Source: Mucilaginibacter sp.
Lineage (GTDB): Bacteria > Bacteroidota > Bacteroidia > Sphingobacteriales > Sphingobacteriaceae
Reading direction: 5' to 3'
DNA: 64,000 nt
Assembly: GCA_028288285.1 (NCBI GenBank)
Contig: JAQBNZ010000129.1
Span: 31,390-95,389 of the forward strand
A program made the position numbers and the translations under genes. Of the stretch, positions 59,764-64,000 are shown piece after piece (within the stretch, counting starts at the first letter, position 1; each line of letters starts with the position of its first letter). The notes under the pieces are model-generated. The model saw only the letters and a program-made list of their open reading frames with translations. It did not search any database and was not told the origin of the DNA.

Positions 59764-59985
59764 ATGACTTTAAATTATTGGGCAAAATATAGGTCAGTTA
59801 TAATTTATGGTATTTTATTAGCCGCCTTGCTGTTGCTTTTAAAGTGGCTGGAGTGGCGTTTTATAATAGTTGATTATGCCTTTGAAATTTATGCCGGCTT
59901 TATAGCTGGACTACTTGTATCAATAATAGCTGCTTTAATATTGAAAAAGAAAGATAAGAGTGGAGCTGTAATAGCCACCGCTTAA
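59764..59985 (+). pseudogene. Small chimeric membrane ORF, probable deletion-fusion remnant
   Basis: The N-part (YGILLA..LLKWLEWRFIIVDYAFEIY) resembles membrane-anchored LuxR regulators; the C-part (GLLVSIIAALILKKK) resembles the end of DUF4199. Recognised from memory only. Confidence 0.5.
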
Positions 59986-59995
59986 TATATTTATC

Positions 59996-60379
59996 ATGAA
60001 AATTACTTTAACAAGCGTATTTGTGAATGACCAGGATAAGGCGTTGCAATTTTATACAGATGTATTAGGTTTCATCAAAAAGAATGAAATTCCGATAGGC
60101 GAGTTTAAATGGTTAACAGTTGTATCACCCGTTTTGCCGGATGGTGTTGAGCTATTGCTTGAGCCTAATAATAATCCCGCAGCTTCCACTTATCAAAAAG
60201 CCATTTTTGAGCAGGGGATACCTGCAACAGCTTTTAACGTTGATGATATAGATAAAGAATATGAGAGGCTTTTATCTTTAGGGGTGCGTTTTGTAACACC
60301 ACCTGCACAAGCAGGCACCGTAAAAAATGCTGTGTTTGATGATACCTGTGGTAATTTGATTCAGATATATCAATTATAG
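59996..60379 (+). CDS. VOC/glyoxalase family protein
   Basis: DQDKALQFYTDVLGF, ELLLEP, AVFDDTCGNLIQ. Confidence 0.92.
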   Translation: MKITLTSVFVNDQDKALQFYTDVLGFIKKNEIPIGEFKWLTVVSPVLPDGVELLLEPNNNPAASTYQKAIFEQGIPATAFNVDDIDKEYERLLSLGVRFVTPPAQAGTVKNAVFDDTCGNLIQIYQL

Positions 60380-60410
60380 GGTTATATAGTTTATAGTACA
60401 CAAACAGAAA

Positions 60411-60454
60411 AAGCACCAAGGTCACAAAGAAATTTCTTTGTGACCTTGGTGCTT
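60411..60454. repeat. 44-bp perfect palindrome; probable bidirectional terminator / REP
   Basis: AAGCACCAAGGTCACAAAGAAA|TTTCTTTGTGACCTTGGTGCTT between convergent VOC and rseP genes. Confidence 0.8.
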
Positions 60455-60498
60455 ATATACTATTTAAATCTTAATGTACTCTGTGGTTAAAAATACAG

Positions 60499-61851
60499 TT
60501 AATGCTTAGTTATCTGTTTCACAATATCATTACCAAAAGCAAATACCATTAAAGATATCAGCAGCACAAAGCCTACAATTTGCGCGCGCTCCAGGAACTT
60601 ATCGCTCAAAGGCTTACCTTTTATCATTTCAATAATAAGGAACACGGTGTGCCCGCCATCTAACCCCGGGATTGGCAACAGGTTGGTAAGTGCTAAAACC
60701 ATTGAAAGGAAGCCCACAAGGCTCCAAAAACGAATCCAGTCTACGTGGCTGCCAAACATTACCGCAATGCCTATAGGGCTTGATATTGCCTTACGTGCCT
60801 TAACCTGGCCCGTAAATATTTTACTGATGCCTTTAGCGTTATCAGTAAACATTCCCCATGCTTTGGTTGCACCAATAGGTAACGAGCCAAAGAAGCCATA
60901 TTTTATAGTAGTATCTTTAGGCAGGTCGGTTTTAACAGATATGCCGTATTTGCCATCTGCAAAGCCCAGCATGCCATCTTTATTCACTTGGGTAACCAGC
61001 GGTAGTGTAGTGTTGTTACGCTTAACAGTTAAGCCAACAGACTTATTTTTAAACTTCTTTAACTCTGTTTGAAATTCATCATAAAATCTGATAGGGGTAC
61101 CGTTTACAGCAATAATGCTATCACCTTTTTGTAAACCGGCTTTGGCAGCATTACTGTTTGGGATAACAGCACCAACCATAAAAGTAGTACGTGGCAAGCG
61201 GCCAATAAACTCTTCAATGCCGTAGTCAGAAAGGTCATTCAGGATTGTAGTAGGTACCTTTACATCCAACGTTTGGTTACCGCGTTGTACATTTAAAACA
61301 GTTTTATCCAGCAATACTTTTGAGCTTATTAAATCCTCAAAGCGTACAATAGGTTTACCGTTTACACCAATAATTTTATCACCGGCTTTAAGGCCCATAT
61401 GCTGACCGATTGTTCCCGGTACTATACCATATTTAATGTTGGCATTTGGAATGTAGGTTTCGCCATAGCGAATGGTCATCACCCAAAAGATGAAGATACC
61501 CACAATAATGTTCACGATAATACCTCCAAGCATCACAACAAGGCGCTGCCAGGCTGGTTTTGAACGAAACTCCCACGGTTGCGGCGGACCGGCCAACTGG
61601 TCGGTATCCATCGACTCATCTATCATGCCGGCAATTTTTACATAGCCACCCAGTGGTAACCAACCAATACCATACTCAACGCCTTTGTAGTTGAATTTGA
61701 AAAGGCTGAAATTCCATGCATCAAAAAACAGGTAAAACTTCTCTACTTTTATTCCGAAAGCGCGGGCTGCTAAAAAGTGCCCAAACTCGTGTAGTATTAC
61801 TAAAATTGAAAGACCAAGTATTAATTGGCCGGCCATTATTAAAACGCTCAT
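60499..61851 (-). CDS. rseP: RIP metalloprotease RseP
   Basis: HEFGH, PLGGYVKI, two PDZ domains, NLLPIPGLDGG. Confidence 0.95.
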   Translation of the reverse strand: MSVLIMAGQLILGLSILVILHEFGHFLAARAFGIKVEKFYLFFDAWNFSLFKFNYKGVEYGIGWLPLGGYVKIAGMIDESMDTDQLAGPPQPWEFRSKPAWQRLVVMLGGIIVNIIVGIFIFWVMTIRYGETYIPNANIKYGIVPGTIGQHMGLKAGDKIIGVNGKPIVRFEDLISSKVLLDKTVLNVQRGNQTLDVKVPTTILNDLSDYGIEEFIGRLPRTTFMVGAVIPNSNAAKAGLQKGDSIIAVNGTPIRFYDEFQTELKKFKNKSVGLTVKRNNTTLPLVTQVNKDGMLGFADGKYGISVKTDLPKDTTIKYGFFGSLPIGATKAWGMFTDNAKGISKIFTGQVKARKAISSPIGIAVMFGSHVDWIRFWSLVGFLSMVLALTNLLPIPGLDGGHTVFLIIEMIKGKPLSDKFLERAQIVGFVLLISLMVFAFGNDIVKQITKH

Positions 61852-61868
61852 TCTTTATTTATATATTA

Positions 61869-63053
61869 CTAAGATTGTAAAGCCTTTAACGGCATTTCTT
61901 TTATTAAATTTTGCGCAAATATGCGTGTTTCTTTATCAGTATTCAAATAGTCGGTTAGAGAGGGCTTTTCTATGTAAACTATTTGCTGCATGCAGTTTTC
62001 AATTATATCGCTCATGGCTAAAAAGCCGGTTGTGTTATTTAAAAAAGCGGCAACGGCTATCTCATTGGCCGCATTAATAATGCAAGGCATATTGCCACCG
62101 CGGTTTAAAGCCTCATAAGCCAGCTTTAAATTACGAAACGTACCAACATCCGGTTTTTCAAAGCTCAGGTTAGGGTAGTCCATAAAATCAAACCGCTTAA
62201 AATTACTTTTTACACGGTTAGGATAGGAAAGTGCATATTGTATAGGCAACTTCATATCGGGCAAACCCATTTGGGCCTTTATAGAACCATCCTCAAATTG
62301 CACCATAGAATGGATGATAGACTGAGGATGCACAATCACATCTATCTGGTTAACTTCCAAATCAAACAGCCATTTTGCCTCTATAACTTCCAGCCCCTTA
62401 TTCATTAACGAGGCAGAGTCTATAGTTATTTTAGCACCCATAACCCAATTTGGATGTTTAAGTGCTTGCTCACGGGTTACACCGGCTAAAAAATCAGTTG
62501 TTTTTCCTCTGAAAGGCCCGCCTGATGCAGTGATAATGATCTTCTCGATCTTATTATCTTCTTCGCCTGCAAGGCACTGAAAAATGGCGGAATGTTCACT
62601 ATCTACCGGTAATATTTTAACATTGTATTCTTTGGCCAAACTGGTAACCAGGTCGCCGGCTACAACTAAAGTTTCTTTGTTGGCCAACGCAATATCTTTA
62701 CCTGCTTTTATGGCATTGATAGTTGGTTCCAACCCTGCAAAACCAACCATAGCGGTTAATACCATATCAATATCAGGATGGGTAACCATGTCCTTTATGG
62801 CATTATAACCGGCTAATACTTTTATAGGCAGGTGAGATAGCGCTTCTTTTATTTGCTTGTATTTGCTTTCATCGCAAATAATGGCATACTCAGGCACAAA
62901 CTCAATAGCTTGGGTAATAAGCAGGTAGGCATTAGTATGCGCTGTAAGCATAAACACCCTGAATAAGTGGCTGTTATCCCTTATTACATCAAGTGTTTGT
63001 GTGCCAATACTACCTGTAGAGCCAAGGACGGCTATGTTTTTCACTTTGTTCAA
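61869..63053 (-). CDS. dxr: 1-deoxy-D-xylulose-5-phosphate reductoisomerase
   Basis: GSTGSIG, LANKE, PVDSEH, TASGGPF, HPNWVMGAKITIDSA. Start uncertain (TTG 63053 or GTG 63044). Confidence 0.95.
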   Translation of the reverse strand: MNKVKNIAVLGSTGSIGTQTLDVIRDNSHLFRVFMLTAHTNAYLLITQAIEFVPEYAIICDESKYKQIKEALSHLPIKVLAGYNAIKDMVTHPDIDMVLTAMVGFAGLEPTINAIKAGKDIALANKETLVVAGDLVTSLAKEYNVKILPVDSEHSAIFQCLAGEEDNKIEKIIITASGGPFRGKTTDFLAGVTREQALKHPNWVMGAKITIDSASLMNKGLEVIEAKWLFDLEVNQIDVIVHPQSIIHSMVQFEDGSIKAQMGLPDMKLPIQYALSYPNRVKSNFKRFDFMDYPNLSFEKPDVGTFRNLKLAYEALNRGGNMPCIINAANEIAVAAFLNNTTGFLAMSDIIENCMQQIVYIEKPSLTDYLNTDKETRIFAQNLIKEMPLKALQS

Positions 63054-63106
63054 TATATTTATATAACCGTCATCCCTTTGTACAATGTAATGACGCTTGA
63101 TTGTCA

Positions 63107-64000
63107 CTAATTGTTACTAATATAATTACTCAATTCATCTGCTATCTTCCGGTCGTTAGCCAGGCGCGGAACTTTGTTTTGCCCGCCCAGTTTACCTTGC
63201 GATCTCATATAATTTATAAAGGTATCCTTTTTTAAACTTTGGATGATCAACGGTTGCAAAATGTTACCCTCAATAAGGTCAAAATAGTAAATATTTTTTT
63301 GCTGCAGCACTTTATCTACTTTTAATGCAAATGCTTTTAGGTCTTTGGGTTCCTTGCCAAACTCAATAAACCATTCATGATAGGGTGGTCTGCCATCACC
63401 CGGCGCTACTTGCGGTGCTACAGTAAATTCTATCACATCAACACCTTCTTCCTTAGCCACACTCATAAGGGAATGCTCAACCTCCTCGCCAATAACATGT
63501 TCGCCAAAGGCGGATATATAATGTTTAATGCGGCCGCTAACAATGATCTTGTATGGGTTTTTTGAAACAAATTTAACCGTATCGCCTAAGCTGTAGCCCC
63601 ATAAACCGGCATTGGTATTCATTATGAGCGCATAATTTTTGTCCAGCTCAACATCTTTTAAATTAATGCGGGTAGGGTTTTCATTAAAATATTCGTCAGA
63701 AGGAATGAACTCATAAAATATGCCAGAATTAACCAATAACAACAAACCCTTTTCTTTTTGCGAATCCTGAAAGGCTATAAACCCTTCAGAAGCCGGATAA
63801 GTTTCAATGGAATCTATTTTGGTGCCAATACTTTCTTCCATACGGGCGCGATAAGGCTCATAATTAACTCCACCGTGCACAAAAAGTTTGAAATTGGGGA
63901 AGATATCCTTTATCTTTTTACCGCCTGATACAGCGGACAACCTATCAAAATACATCTGGCACCACGGTGGTATGCCCGATATAAGGCGCATATCTTCTTT
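63107..64000 (-). CDS. GH3 auxin-responsive promoter family protein (5'-truncated by the window edge)
   Basis: ETYPASEGF, GIFYEFIP, GLWGYSLGDTV, GGQNKVPRL. Confidence 0.88.
   Translation of the reverse strand, partial: KEDMRLISGIPPWCQMYFDRLSAVSGGKKIKDIFPNFKLFVHGGVNYEPYRARMEESIGTKIDSIETYPASEGFIAFQDSQKEKGLLLLVNSGIFYEFIPSDEYFNENPTRINLKDVELDKNYALIMNTNAGLWGYSLGDTVKFVSKNPYKIIVSGRIKHYISAFGEHVIGEEVEHSLMSVAKEEGVDVIEFTVAPQVAPGDGRPPYHEWFIEFGKEPKDLKAFALKVDKVLQQKNIYYFDLIEGNILQPLIIQSLKKDTFINYMRSQGKLGGQNKVPRLANDRKIADELSNYISNN

Noticed and set aside
63054-63107. N-terminal extension of Dxr from GTG 63107
   Set aside because: Homology begins at KNIAVLGSTGSIG, so a downstream start is more plausible.

Overview
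Low-GC Bacteroidota chromosomal DNA; gene content and intergenic repeat types suggest Sphingobacteriaceae, probably Mucilaginibacter-like (inferred, not database-checked). There are about 50 CDS. They include a sigma54-controlled MacAB-TolC-type ABC export operon with its two-component system, a protealysin (M4)-emfourin pair, a glycosyltransferase/carbamoyltransferase cluster of unknown product, an RND efflux operon, cytochrome bd, a radical SAM DNA-repair pair, PIN-PhoH, ppc, GH29, a partner-switching module, and GH3-dxr-rseP. No rRNA, tRNA, CRISPR or transposase was seen. The main finding is an ORF-free ~600-nt segment (~41165-41785) that looks like a large, highly structured ncRNA I do not recognise. 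It has its own strong promoter, an rRNA boxA-like element, a 5'/3' closing helix, several UUCG/GNRA-capped hairpins, long-range helices including a probable pseudoknot, and symmetrically repeated motifs. Other findings: a shared CTAA-N5-TTAG operator linking DUF763 to DNA repair, an EF-hand-like loop in the RND pump, and two gene remnants.
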